Source of the DNA: an uncultured Actinomycetota bacterium
GTDB lineage: Bacteria; Actinomycetota; Actinomycetes; Propionibacteriales; DAIQRJ01
Assembly (NCBI GenBank): GCA_963724495.1
Contig: CAVRUZ010000003.1
Location: forward strand, 12,815-76,814
Direction of reading: 5' to 3'
Length of the DNA stretch: 64,000 nucleotides
The notes below the pieces were generated by a model. That model had not been told where the DNA came from, made no database searches, and was given only the letters and a program-made list of their open reading frames with translations. Each line of letters opens with the position of its first letter. The first letter of the stretch is position 1. Position numbers and translations under genes: made by a program. Shown one piece after another: positions 19,183-29,272 of the stretch.

Positions 19183-20741
19183 GGCTTCGCCTTCGAGGTG
19201 GGCGAGTTGCGAGGAGTCGGAGTCGGCGAAGGGCTGGGGGTCGTGAGCGGAACGCCTTCGCACTCGGCGGGGATGTCGCTGCTGGTGACACCGGGCACGG
19301 TGGTGGCCGAGTCGGCGCAGCGCATCGCAATCCCCGTGAGCTGGCTGCCGATCGCCTGTGCCTCGGCGAAGTTCTTGGCGTTGATGATCTTGCGGACCTG
19401 CTCGCGCTGGTAGGTAGGGAGCTCGTTGAGGCGCACGTCGAGGACCGCGACGATGTGGCTCAGCTCCAGGCCGCCTGCACCCTCGGGTATCCCCTGGAAG
19501 ATCGCGACCTGCGAGTCGTCACCGGCCTGGACCGGCCCGACGTAGTACTGCGACTGGCTCCAGTTGTAGAGCAGGCTGGTGCCCGCCACGACCACTGCGA
19601 GGACGGCGACGATCACGGCCGTTCGCCGCAGCCACCGGAGCCGGGCCGGCGGCCGCAGCGCATAGCGGGCCCGCTCGGCGACATCCGGCTCGGCGATGCG
19701 TTCGGCCTCGGGCGACTCGGCTGCGGCGGCCGGTGCAGCCATCGCGAGCGCGCTCTCGGTGACGTCGTGCTCACCGGACTCGGTCAGCTCGTCGGCTGCC
19801 GCCTCGGTGAGCGCGGCGGCGGCACCCACGGTGGTCGGCACCGGTGTTGACGTCAGCACCCCGTCGGCCACGCTGCCTTCGGCGACGATGAAGGCGACCA
19901 CCGCGGTGATGTTGTCCCGGCCGGTGGATGCGAGGCCGGCGGCAACGAGATCCTGTGCCGCCTGCTGTGGGGTCTCGGCGCCGGCGAGCAGATCGCGCAA
20001 CGCCGTCTTCGGCACGAAGTCGCTCAGCCCGTCGCTGCACAGCAGCAGGCGGTCGCCGGCCCGGACGTCCACGGCGAACACGTCGGTCTCGTGGTCGGCA
20101 CGGCCGTCGAGGGCGCGCATGATCCAGGCCCGGTGCGGGTGGGTGAGGGCCTCGTCCTCGGTGATCTGCTCCTGGTCGACCAGCATCTGCACGAACGAGT
20201 GGTCGGTGGTCACCTGCACCAGATCGGCGAGCTCGGGCTCACCGACCGCACTCTCGCGCAAGCCGCTCTTGCGACCTCGCGGTTGCCCGTCGCCGGAGAC
20301 GTCGGCCTTGTCGAGGTGCAGCTCGCCGGTGATGTCCGGACCGCCTGGCGTGCCCTTGGCCGGCCGGTACAGATACCCACGTGAGTCGCCGACATGGGCG
20401 AAGACCAGCTCGTCGCCGGTGAACAGCGAGGCCGTGAGCGTGGTGCCCATGCCGGACAACCGTGGCTCGGATTCGATCCGATTGGCCAGCCGGCGGTTGG
20501 CCCGGTTGCTCGCCTGGATCAGCCGTTCGCCGGCGGCCTCGGCGGTAGCCGCGTCGCGTTCGTCGTCGAGGTCGCGGAGTGCGTCGATCGTCAACGCGGA
20601 TGCGAGGTCGCCGGCGACCGGGCCACCCATACCGTCGGCAAGAGCCAGGAGGCGATGGCCGACGAACGCGGAGTCCTGGTTGGGGAATCGACCCCTGGCC
20701 GCGTCCGTCACCGTGGCCGCCCACAGGATGAGGCGGCTCAC
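19179..20741 (-). CDS. pstP: PP2C-type Ser/Thr phosphatase PstP
   Basis: NQDS, ADGMGG, GMGTT, HVGDSR, CSDGL and DNIT motifs, TM and extracellular domain. Confidence 0.92.
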   Translation of the reverse strand: MSRLILWAATVTDAARGRFPNQDSAFVGHRLLALADGMGGPVAGDLASALTIDALRDLDDERDAATAEAAGERLIQASNRANRRLANRIESEPRLSGMGTTLTASLFTGDELVFAHVGDSRGYLYRPAKGTPGGPDITGELHLDKADVSGDGQPRGRKSGLRESAVGEPELADLVQVTTDHSFVQMLVDQEQITEDEALTHPHRAWIMRALDGRADHETDVFAVDVRAGDRLLLCSDGLSDFVPKTALRDLLAGAETPQQAAQDLVAAGLASTGRDNITAVVAFIVAEGSVADGVLTSTPVPTTVGAAAALTEAAADELTESGEHDVTESALAMAAPAAAAESPEAERIAEPDVAERARYALRPPARLRWLRRTAVIVAVLAVVVAGTSLLYNWSQSQYYVGPVQAGDDSQVAIFQGIPEGAGGLELSHIVAVLDVRLNELPTYQREQVRKIINAKNFAEAQAIGSQLTGIAMRCADSATTVPGVTSSDIPAECEGVPLTTPSPSPTPTPRNSPTSKAKP

Positions 20742-21214
20742 TTGCGCAGCTCCAGCACGGTCTTGCCCACGCGCACGGTCGAGTCGACATGCACCTCGGT
20801 GGGTCCATGGATGCGGGCGTTGTCGACGAACGTGCCGTTGGTGGAGCCGAGGTCCTCGGCGTACCACCGGCCGTCGTGCAGCCGCAGCACGGCATGGCGG
20901 GTGGAGATGTACTCGTCGTCGATGCGGAGGTCGCACTCGGCACCGCGGCCGATCACGATCGTCTCCGTACCGAGCCGCAGGGCCATGCCGGTGGAGCTGC
21001 CCTCGACCACGAACACCTGAGTGGGCTCACCGCGTCTGGTCTTCGGCGGCTTGTCCTTGCGGGTGGGCTGCACGAGCGCCATGTCGTCGGCGTTGCGCCT
21101 CCCGACGCGGGTGCCGAACAGGTCGGCGCGCATCACCGACACCGCCGAGATGATGAACAGCCAGAGCAGGCACAAGAAGGCCAGCTTGATGATGGTGACG
21201 GTCAGCTCGGACAC
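20738..21214 (-). CDS. fhaB: FHA domain protein FhaB/FipA
   Basis: N-terminal TM plus IGRG...STRHA...DLGSTNGT FHA motif. Confidence 0.93.
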   Translation of the reverse strand: MSELTVTIIKLAFLCLLWLFIISAVSVMRADLFGTRVGRRNADDMALVQPTRKDKPPKTRRGEPTQVFVVEGSSTGMALRLGTETIVIGRGAECDLRIDDEYISTRHAVLRLHDGRWYAEDLGSTNGTFVDNARIHGPTEVHVDSTVRVGKTVLELRK

Positions 21215-21218
21215 GCGA

Positions 21219-22031
21219 TCACCCGTCGGGGGCGGGGACGGCGGCGGGGATCCGCACAGTGATGTCGGTGCTGCCGATCCTGATCACCGATCCGTCGTTG
21301 AGCGTGGCGAAGCTCGTGCGCTGGCCGCCGACACTGGTGCCGTTGGTCGAGCCCAGGTCGTGCAGGGTCACGGTGAACCGGCGGCCGATGAACGCCACCC
21401 GGATCTCCGCATGCCGTCGGCTGACTCCAGGATCGGTGACCTGAAGGTCCGCCTCCGTACCGCGGCCGATCAGCAGGCCCGGTGGGGGCATGTCGACGGT
21501 GCGACCGCTCACCTCGAGCCAGGGTGACACCCGCGACTGGGCCGGGAAGGTGACCGTTGGCTGGCTGGCCGGTTGCTGCGCAGAGGGTGCGGCGGGGCGC
21601 TCGTTGTTGTCGGCCCGGCGGGGCGCGTCGCGACCCGGCTCGGCTGTGCCCGCGGGCCGGCCCGAGTCGGCCCGGCTGCGCACCCGGAAGCGTCCGGTCG
21701 ACAGGTCGTCAGCCGCTTCCAACCGAACCCGCGCACGACCAGGCAGGTGGTAGTGCTCGAGGTTGGCGTGCTCCTCGACCGCCTGCGCCAGGTCGTCTTC
21801 GAGGGTGGTCCCGTAGCTGGCGAGCCGTTCGTGGTCGCTCGGACTGAGCTCGACGATGAAGGCGTTCGGTGCCAGCGAACTGGTCCGCGAGAGCACCTGG
21901 GCGTTGTTGTCGAGTTCGCGGGCGAGGGCGGAGCGCAGCTCCACAGGCTTGACCTCCGAGCGGAAGAGACGGGCGAAGGTGTTGTTGACCAGGCCTTCGA
22001 GCGTGCGCTCGAAGCGCGAGATCACGTTCAC
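21219..22031 (-). CDS. fhaA: FhaA (DUF3662 + FHA)
   Basis: SRFERTLEG...FRSEVKPVEL...APNAF N-domain and C-terminal FHA (IGRG, SRRHA, DLGSTNG). GGAGGAG RBS. Confidence 0.92.
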   Translation of the reverse strand: MNVISRFERTLEGLVNNTFARLFRSEVKPVELRSALARELDNNAQVLSRTSSLAPNAFIVELSPSDHERLASYGTTLEDDLAQAVEEHANLEHYHLPGRARVRLEAADDLSTGRFRVRSRADSGRPAGTAEPGRDAPRRADNNERPAAPSAQQPASQPTVTFPAQSRVSPWLEVSGRTVDMPPPGLLIGRGTEADLQVTDPGVSRRHAEIRVAFIGRRFTVTLHDLGSTNGTSVGGQRTSFATLNDGSVIRIGSTDITVRIPAAVPAPDG

Positions 22032-22230
22032 GAAGCCCTCCTCCCACGCTCGCCGCCTGGTGATCGGCTGCTCCCAGCCAACCTGGATCGTAGCCGCCGG
22101 GACCGCCTCGACCGGGCGTGCGCGCGTCGGCCCCGGACGTTGGGCGGCCTGCGGTCCGGCTCCTCGAAGCAGGCGTACGTGCGCTGAGAACCGGCACGAA
22201 GTGTCCGCCACGGTCTCTAGTGTTCGGCGG

Positions 22231-23436
22231 GTGCGGGCCATCAGCGTGAGCGAGCGCCGCCGCTGGCTCGGCTGGCGGCACGGGCTCGCACCCGGTGCGC
22301 GGTCGGCGACCGCCCCGGACGCTGCGCGCCGGATCCTGGCTCTGCATGCCACCGATCCGGGGTCGGTCTACCTGCAGGTCCGGGCACGGACCGAGGGTGT
22401 CTCCCCGGCCGACGTGACCGATGCGCTCTATCGGGACAAGGCGCTGGTGCGCCTCCTCGCCATGCGCCGGACGCTGTTCGTGGTGCCGGCCGAGTCGGCG
22501 CCGATGATCCAGCACGGTGCCGGCGACCAGGTCGCGGCGCGACTACGGCGCGACCTGGTGAAGCGGCTGGCGGCCGATCCCGACCATCCGGCTGCGCAGA
22601 GCGGGGACGCCGACGCGTGGCTGGCCGACGTGGCCGACTCGGTGGAGGCGGTGCTCGACGCCGAGGGTCCGCTCGCGGGGGCTCAGCTCAGCGCCCGCGA
22701 GCCGCGTCTGCGCAGTCAGCTCATGTACGCGCAGGGCAAGACCTACGGCGGACCGGTCGCGATCACCAGCCCGACCCTCAGCTGGCTCTCGGCCGCGGGC
22801 CGGATCATCCGCGGCCATGCGGGAGCCAACTGGGGGAGCAGCCGCTACGAGTGGTGGACGCCGAAACGCTTCCTTCCGCCCAGCGGTATCGGGCCGATGC
22901 CGGCGGAGGAGGCGCAGCGCGAACTCGTCCGCAGCTGGCTGGCCACGTTTGCCCCCGCGACCGTGGAGGACATCGCGTGGTGGACCGGCTGGAACCTCCG
23001 GGACACCCGGGTCGCGCTGTCCGGAGTCGAGACGGTGCCGGTCGAGCTCGAGGACGAGGTGAAGCCCGGCCTGCTGTTGGCCGAGGACGCCGAGACCCAG
23101 GTTCCGGAATCCGAACCCTGGCTGGTGTTTCTTCCGTCGCTCGATCCGACTCCCATGGGATACCAGCGGCGCGGGTTCTACCTGTCCGACCGCGCCAAGC
23201 GAGAGCTGTTCGACACCAACGGCAACATCGGACCGAGCGTGTGGCTCGACGGCCGGATCGTCGGCGGGTGGGCCCAGCGTCCCGATGGGAACGTGCCGTT
23301 CGAGCTCTTCGAGGACCTCGGCGATGACGTGGTGGCCATGGCCACCGCCGAAGCGGAACGGGTCGCCGCCTGGCACGACGGCGTGAGCGTGTCGCCCCGA
23401 TTCCCGACGCCGCTGCTCAAGCGCCTGCGGGCGTGA
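22231..23436 (+). CDS. Winged-helix (HTH_42) AlkZ/YcaQ-like DNA crosslink glycosylase family protein
   Basis: LHATDP..VYL, LLAMRRTLF, FAPATVEDIAWWTG, FLPSLDP and DGRIVGGW motifs. Confidence 0.85.
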   Translation: MRAISVSERRRWLGWRHGLAPGARSATAPDAARRILALHATDPGSVYLQVRARTEGVSPADVTDALYRDKALVRLLAMRRTLFVVPAESAPMIQHGAGDQVAARLRRDLVKRLAADPDHPAAQSGDADAWLADVADSVEAVLDAEGPLAGAQLSAREPRLRSQLMYAQGKTYGGPVAITSPTLSWLSAAGRIIRGHAGANWGSSRYEWWTPKRFLPPSGIGPMPAEEAQRELVRSWLATFAPATVEDIAWWTGWNLRDTRVALSGVETVPVELEDEVKPGLLLAEDAETQVPESEPWLVFLPSLDPTPMGYQRRGFYLSDRAKRELFDTNGNIGPSVWLDGRIVGGWAQRPDGNVPFELFEDLGDDVVAMATAEAERVAAWHDGVSVSPRFPTPLLKRLRA

Positions 23437-23508
23437 TCAGGGCCGTCGGTGCACCAGCCGCCCGGGTGCTTCCCTGAAAAGTGGTGTCCAGTGGACCAAT
23501 CCGCGCCC

Positions 23509-24816
23509 TTACGAGCCGGAATCGCCGTTCAGCCGCACGTTTTCAGGGATTCGAGGGCCCAACCGCGAACGCAGGAGGGCCCGCTCCGCCTCGCTTCCGG
23601 CGAGTTCGAGGGCCCGCTCGTTGGCAGCCGTGGCTTCGTGCGGCCGTCCGAGCTGGGCGAGCAACTGGCCCCGGGTGGCATGGAAGAGGTGGTACTCGGA
23701 CAGCCGGTCGGCGAGGTCGTCGACCTCGGCCAATGCCGCGGCCGGACCCTCGTACTGGCCGAGGGCGATGGCGCGGTTCAGCCGGATGACCGGCGAACGG
23801 TCGTAGCGCAACAGGAGGTCGTACAGGGTGAGGATCTGCAGCCAGTCGGTGTCCGCCCAGGTCGGCGCGGACGCATGACAGGCGGCGATGGCCGCCTGGA
23901 GCTGGAAGCGGCCTGGCCGGCGCAGCTCGGCTGAGCGCTGCAGGTAGCCCTCCGCGCGGGCGACGGCGACCTCGTCCCAGCGAGACCGGTCCTGCTCCGC
24001 CAGCACGATCAGCGTTCCCTGCTCGTCGTGGCGCGCTGCCGCTCTCGACTCCAGCAGCGTGAGCAGCGCCAGCAGCCCCCAGGCCTCCGCCTGGTCGGGC
24101 AGCCGTCGCGCCACCAGTTCGGCCAACCACACCGCATCCGCGGGATAGCCGGATCGGTCGGTCGCGGCGGACAGGTAGCCGTCGTTGTAGGTCAGGAGAA
24201 TCACCGTCAGCACGTCGTCGAGGCGCTCTGCCAGGTCGTCGCCCTCCGGAATCGTGAACGGGATGCCCGCGGAGACGATCTTGCGCTTCGCCCGGACCAG
24301 GCGCTGCGCGACGGTGGCCTCCGGCAACAGGAACGCGCGGGCGATGTTGCCGGTCGTCATGCCCACCACGGCCCGCAACGTCAGGGCCAGCCGTGCCTCC
24401 ACCGAAAGCGCCGGGTGGCAGCAGCCGAACAGCATCGGCAGCCGTTCGTCGGCTGTTGACGCGTCGGCCACCGACGCCGCGGCCTCGCTTGGCGCCCGGG
24501 CCTCGGGTGGTGCCTCCGCGACCGCCAGGTCGGCCGCCACCCGCAGAGCCACACCGCGTTCCCTGGTCCGGTGGCGGAGCATGTCGACCGCCCGGTTGCG
24601 CGCACTGAGCGCCAGCCAGCCACCCGGGTTGGGTGGCACGCCGTCACGCCGCCAGTGCACGACCGCGGCCGCGATCGCCTCCTGGACCGCCTCCTCGGCG
24701 ATGTCGAAATCGCCGATTCGGCGGCTCAGGGAGGCGACGATCAGACCGGCCTCGGCCCGTACCAACTGGGCGATGACCGCGTCGTGACCCGGCTCCTCGC
24801 CGATCGCATCTGGCAC
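23509..24816 (-). CDS. ECF42-type RNA polymerase sigma factor with C-terminal TPR/DUF6596 extension
   Basis: DFDIAEEAVQEA, CCHPAL, TVAQRLVRAKRKI, EQDRSRWD and LQAAIAACH motifs. Lies downstream of a DGPF gene. Confidence 0.9.
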   Translation of the reverse strand: MPDAIGEEPGHDAVIAQLVRAEAGLIVASLSRRIGDFDIAEEAVQEAIAAAVVHWRRDGVPPNPGGWLALSARNRAVDMLRHRTRERGVALRVAADLAVAEAPPEARAPSEAAASVADASTADERLPMLFGCCHPALSVEARLALTLRAVVGMTTGNIARAFLLPEATVAQRLVRAKRKIVSAGIPFTIPEGDDLAERLDDVLTVILLTYNDGYLSAATDRSGYPADAVWLAELVARRLPDQAEAWGLLALLTLLESRAAARHDEQGTLIVLAEQDRSRWDEVAVARAEGYLQRSAELRRPGRFQLQAAIAACHASAPTWADTDWLQILTLYDLLLRYDRSPVIRLNRAIALGQYEGPAAALAEVDDLADRLSEYHLFHATRGQLLAQLGRPHEATAANERALELAGSEAERALLRSRLGPRIPENVRLNGDSGS

Positions 24817-24826
24817 GGTCGCGCCG

Positions 24827-25195
24827 TCAGTCCATCCGGTGTTCGACGATCGGGCGGATCTCGACGGCGACGCCGGGGAAGCCGAGCGACGGCCACTCCT
24901 TGACCATCGCGAGGGCTGCATCGAGGTCGGGGACGTCGACGATGCTGAACCCGCCCACGTTCTCCTTGGCTTCGGAGAACGGACCGTCGACCACGACCGG
25001 CTCGCCACCGGGCTCGCTGGGCGACTTGACGGTGGTGGCAGTGCTCGCCTCCTGCAGTTCGGCGCCGGCGTCGGAGAATGCCTTCTCGTGCTTGACGAAC
25101 CAGCCGTAGACCGCGTTGTAGACCTCTTCGCGCCGCTCGGCGGGGATGGACTCGTCGAGGTCCGGCCGATTGGTGTACATGAGCACGTACTTCAT
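24827..25195 (-). CDS. YciI/DGPF family protein
   Basis: MKYVLM...VVDGPFSEAKENVGGF...VEIRPI motif. Confidence 0.93.
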   Translation of the reverse strand: MKYVLMYTNRPDLDESIPAERREEVYNAVYGWFVKHEKAFSDAGAELQEASTATTVKSPSEPGGEPVVVDGPFSEAKENVGGFSIVDVPDLDAALAMVKEWPSLGFPGVAVEIRPIVEHRMD

Positions 25196-25233
25196 GGGAA
25201 CTCCCAGTTCTCGAGTGGATCGGACACCCCCTC

Positions 25234-25260
25234 TACGTACAGAGTCGACCAGAATCGACA
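25234..25260 (-). promoter_or_regulatory. Putative ECF42-dependent promoter of the DGPF-ecf42 operon
   Basis: Minus strand reads TGTCGAT-N16-CGTA, resembling the TGTCGA...CG(T/A)C ECF42 motif. Confidence 0.6.
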
Positions 25261-25380
25261 GTCACTGCGAAGAAATCTCAGATCACTCCGCAACGGACCC
25301 AAGCCGGCGCCGGGAGGCGGTGGGTGCGGCTTCTTCGCGACAGGCTGGTCCGGGTCGCCGTGGTAGCGTGCTCGCTGCTC

Positions 25381-25464
25381 GCGCGAGTGGCGGAATAGGC
25401 AGACGCGCACGGTTCAGGTCCGTGTGCCCGAGAGGGCGTGGGGGTTCAACTCCCCCCTCGCGCA
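25381..25464 (+). tRNA. tRNA-Leu (anticodon CAG)
   Basis: GCGCGAG/CTCGCGC acceptor stem, anticodon arm CACGG-TTCAGGT-CCGTG, long variable arm and GGTTCAAC T-loop. CCA is not encoded. Confidence 0.97.
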
Positions 25465-25468
25465 CAAC

Positions 25469-25500
25469 AGCACCAGGTCTTCTGACCTGGTGCTTTGTCT
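25469..25500 (+). terminator. Intrinsic terminator after tRNA-Leu
   Basis: agcaccaggtc-ttct-gacctggtgct followed by a T-rich tail. Confidence 0.85.
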
Positions 25501-25746
25501 ATTCCGGTCGAGTCCGCGCGTGAGGAAGTAGCACCAGCCCTCACCGCTGGGTGTGACGGCTTGGATCGAGAACATTGGGCGCTGCGGCCTTCCAGTGCCC
25601 TGGTGATCGGTGGCCGGGGCGCGTGTGTTCCTGAAGGGTGTTCCGCGGTCACACGTCCGGCACGTCGCGGTCGGCGATGTCGCCTCGTCGAGGGAGCGGT
25701 CACACCGCGAAGCCGATCGACCGGGCGCTGTGCTTCGAGGGGTATG

Positions 25747-27535
25747 TCACCGGCAAACCGACCCATCGACCCTCCCGATCCCAAGGTCTGCTACCCCCGG
25801 CGTCACCCGCAGCTCAGGGTCACCGACCTGTCCCTTGCCGGAGGTGACCTGAAAGGTCAGGGTCCGGGTCTGGCCGGGCTTCAGCGTCACTTGGATCGCC
25901 GCGATCTCGCGGTCACCAAGACGCGCGCGGACGTCGACCGGCTCGTGGCGGTCGGCGAGCACCTGCCCGATCGACCCTCCTGCGGGGGCCAACACGTAGA
26001 GGTAGGTCAGCAGCACACCCTTGGGGGCGAACTCGGCAGGCCCGAGGATGCTGGGGGTCAGTTTCCTGAGGTCCTGCGGCATCATGCGAGGTCATCCGCA
26101 CGGTCACCTTCATCTGTTGGATGGAGTTCGAACAGCTGACCGCGTCCACGTCCGTGGAGTAGCGCAGGTAGTAGTCCATCTTGGCCGGTGTGCCGTCGTT
26201 GAAATAGACCCCCACCTGCGGGTGTGGTCCGCTGCCGAAGTCGAGGCCGCCGGAGATGGTGGATCCAGCTAGCACGCGCTGCATCTCGGGGTCGCGCAGG
26301 TATAGCGAGATCCGCCGCTCCTGGGTCCCACGCTGGATTCCCTGGAACGCCGCAGAGGTGTCGAGGTTGCCCGCGACCATCATGTCGAAGGTCTCAGCCG
26401 CGACTTCGGCGAATATCTCGTCCTGCCGTTCGGGGTCGCGGATGTCGAGATAGACCTGGTTCAGAAACACCTGGACGGCGTTGGCGCTGGTGATGTCGTA
26501 CCCCGCCACTGACATCGGGTCGGAGCCTCGGAGCAGGTAGGACATCGCGATCGGGTCCACACTCAAGACGCCGTCGACCTTGCGGAACTTGCGCTCCCAC
26601 ATCGTCTGCAGCAGCGCGGCGCCGCGCGGATAGTCCGGGGTGAAGTTGGTGTCCTGAGACAGGTAGACCATCCGGTCGGACCAGATGGTGCGCTCGGCGC
26701 CGGTCAATGGGCCGGCGGGATGTCGCTGGACACCGATGTCGCGGGGAGAACGCTGCTCGCCGAAGCTGATCTTGCCCCGGTCGAAGGTCAACACGCCGAG
26801 CGCTCCCGGCAGCCCCCCGGTCGCTCTGATCTCGGCGTTGTTGTTGAAGGCAACGAGCAGGCGTCGAGGCTTCGTGCCGTCCAGGAGCCACGGTCCGACC
26901 TTGGCCACCCGGGCCGCACTGGCCGACGCGGCAGCGACGACATTGAGCTGGAGCTCCACAGCCGAGACCTGGCGGCGCACCGGCCCCAGGAGCGCAGAGA
27001 GGTCGATCGTTGCCATCCGCGATGACTGGGCTCTGACTACTTCGTCAGCAACGAGCAGCCCGGGGGCGGCTCGTCGGACGGCGGAGAAATCGAAGCGCCC
27101 GCTGCGAGGCATCACCTGCTCAGGGCTGAGCGCCTTGCCTGCGGTCACAGCGGCAGGCAACGCGTCATGGCTCAGCTCGTCGGCGACGCCGGCAACGACC
27201 GAGACGGCCTCCAGGTCGTCGCCGAGGAAGGGCGCCCTCGTGGCGATCCACCAGTCCGGTCCCGACGTGAGATCCGCCGCCTTGGCGGAGTGCTCCTGGG
27301 CAGCTGCGAGGGGCTGCGCCGCCGACGAGGCGTCGCCCACCCTGATGCGATCCGAGACCTGATCCATCGCCTTCGCGGCCGCTTGGAGCTCGGTCCGCGC
27401 AGCCAGTCCCGTATAGGCGATCCACAGGCTCAGTCCAACGCCGAGAAATACAAGCGCCCACAGAGACCGAGCAAGCCATCGGTGCGCCGAAGACCGGCCC
27501 GCTACCGACTGAGTCGGTGGTCCGATGGGATTCAG
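25747..27535 (-). CDS. DUF4012 domain membrane-anchored protein (frameshift near 26085; possible CTG start)
   Basis: WWIATRAPFLGDDL, NNAEIRATGG, NFTPDYP, VDGVLSVDP and KMDYYL motifs. The frame stays open upstream of ATG 27367 through a TM segment to CTG 27535. Confidence 0.8.
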
Positions 27536-27742
27536 GGGCTTTTCCTTGCTAGCCGGGCAGGTGCCGTAGAGGGTCGGCCCGCGGGCGGGTGTAGACGATC
27601 GAGTGTGAGCTCACGCCGTCTTCAACGCCGAGGTGAGCGGCCGCATCACGGTGACTGCGAAGCGCTCGTGCCCCGGTGAAGGTCACGCCGCGGTGAGTCG
27701 CTCTTCTGGCGGCCGGCGACGGTAACCGTGAGCCTGGTTCCA

Positions 27743-28252
27743 CTAGTGGCCGTGACCATGGCCGTGACCATGACCATGACCATGGCCGTGACCATGATGG
27801 GGCTTTTTCGGGAAGGCGATGCTCCCCGAGCATCCCGGCGTGGTGCCGTCGCCACGGTAGTAGAAGCTGATCGTCTTTCCGGCGACCCCACGGTTGTAGG
27901 TGAAGCTGGCCATACCATCCGACAGCGACGAGCTCCGAGGCCCTTGGTGTCCTCTGAACTTCACGGTGCCCGTTGGCGTTCCCGCGGTGCTGCTCACCGT
28001 CACCGTGATGGTCGTGCCTGAGGTCGTGGCACTGCAACTTGCTGAGTAGGACCCCGCGAGGGCTTGCACACCCGCCGAGCTGAGCCGCGTGGTGGTCGCA
28101 CCGCGGTACGCCTGACTCGGGGTGCCAACCTTTGGGCTGGTGATGAGGGTGGTGCCTGGTCCGCGGTCTTGGGCCGCGGCGTAGCCGCCACCCACCAACG
28201 CGGTGGTGCTGATTGCGACGGCGCCTAGGACGGCAATGCGCTTGAAGCTCAT
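27743..28252 (-). CDS. Secreted Ig-like (Big_3-like) protein with C-terminal (HG)n tail
   Basis: Signal peptide MSFKRIAVLG...AAA, TVTVSSTAGTPTGTVKF...YRGD beta-sandwich pattern, ending HHGHGHGHGHGHGHGH. Confidence 0.7.
   Translation of the reverse strand: MSFKRIAVLGAVAISTTALVGGGYAAAQDRGPGTTLITSPKVGTPSQAYRGATTTRLSSAGVQALAGSYSASCSATTSGTTITVTVSSTAGTPTGTVKFRGHQGPRSSSLSDGMASFTYNRGVAGKTISFYYRGDGTTPGCSGSIAFPKKPHHGHGHGHGHGHGHGHGH
27746..27799 (-). repeat. 6-bp coding tandem repeat (CAY-GGY) encoding poly(His-Gly)
   Basis: gtggccgtgaccatggccgtgaccatgaccatgaccatggccgtgaccatgatg on the + strand. Confidence 0.9.
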
Positions 28253-28619
28253 GGGGTTCGGCCCTTCAATTCGGGTGCGGGCCTGGTTACTCCCGAGGTG
28301 ATATCGGGACAATAACAACATAACGGGGTAAAAGCGACGCGGGGTCATTGCTGCGGACTAGTGTGCATGACTCGTCCAGGTTTGGCTGTTTCCTCCCACT
28401 TTGGCCGCAAGCAGCTTCGGCTGGCCCTCTGATCGGTTCCGTGGGTCGCGAGCAGGAGTGGGGCTCAACACCTACCGACTGAGACCGCGCGTCCTTTGAG
28501 GAGCCGCTCACTCGACCGGATGCGGGTGGTCGGCAGTCACGCACTTAGCGCGCCGCGGATGACGAGGCCGCGGGCCTTTCGCCTCGCGGTCCGAGGCGGT
28601 CTGGCGGCACCCAGTCCGG

Positions 28620-29272
28620 TCATCCATCCGACTGACTCGGTCCGTCCGCGAAACCACCGAAGGCCTCGGGCCAGCCCATCGGCAGGATCTCGGCGGCTGC
28701 CGCGGTCATGGTGATGATCGAGCGGAGCAGGTCCTCCATCGACGCCGACCGCAGCAGTCGAACTGATCCAACGGCCCGATGGGGGAGACGCCCGCCAGTT
28801 GCCAGGCAGCCTGGGTGGGGTCGTCGGAGAGGGCCATCTCGGCCGGCCAGTGCGGGGCGCCGTACTTCGTCGCCGCCGCCAGGGTCTGGCGCACCAGGGC
28901 TTCGGCCTCGTCCCGCAACGGGCGGAGATCGTCGGACCAGTCGAGGTCGGGCAACAGCCGGATCCGTGCCTGCGGGTGCGGGTCCTCCAGCAGCCAGCGG
29001 TCCACCTCGAAGCGCTTACTCCCGACGGCCGTCAAGTGGAGGAAGCCGTCCTCGAACGTGTACTTGGTGATCTGCGCCATCGTCCCGGTCCGGAACCGCT
29101 GGTCGCCGCCGCCGACCTCGGATCCGCGTTCGATCAGCACGATCCCGAACTCACCCGACTTCTGCAGCACCCGCGCCATCATCACCACGTAGCGGTCCTC
29201 GAAGATGCTCAGCGCGGTGGGCATGGCGGGCAGCAGGACAGTCCCGAGCGGGAAGATCGGTACGGCTGTCAC
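28620..29272 (-). CDS. LON peptidase substrate-binding domain protein (frameshift near 28757)
   Basis: VPIFPLGTVLLP...IFEDRY...FGIVLIERGSEVGGGD motif. Shifted tail reads LLRSASMEDLLR. Confidence 0.85.

Noticed and set aside
25381-28700. Prophage or integrative element at tRNA-Leu
   Set aside because: No integrase or phage genes, and I found no duplicate of the tRNA 3' end in the window.
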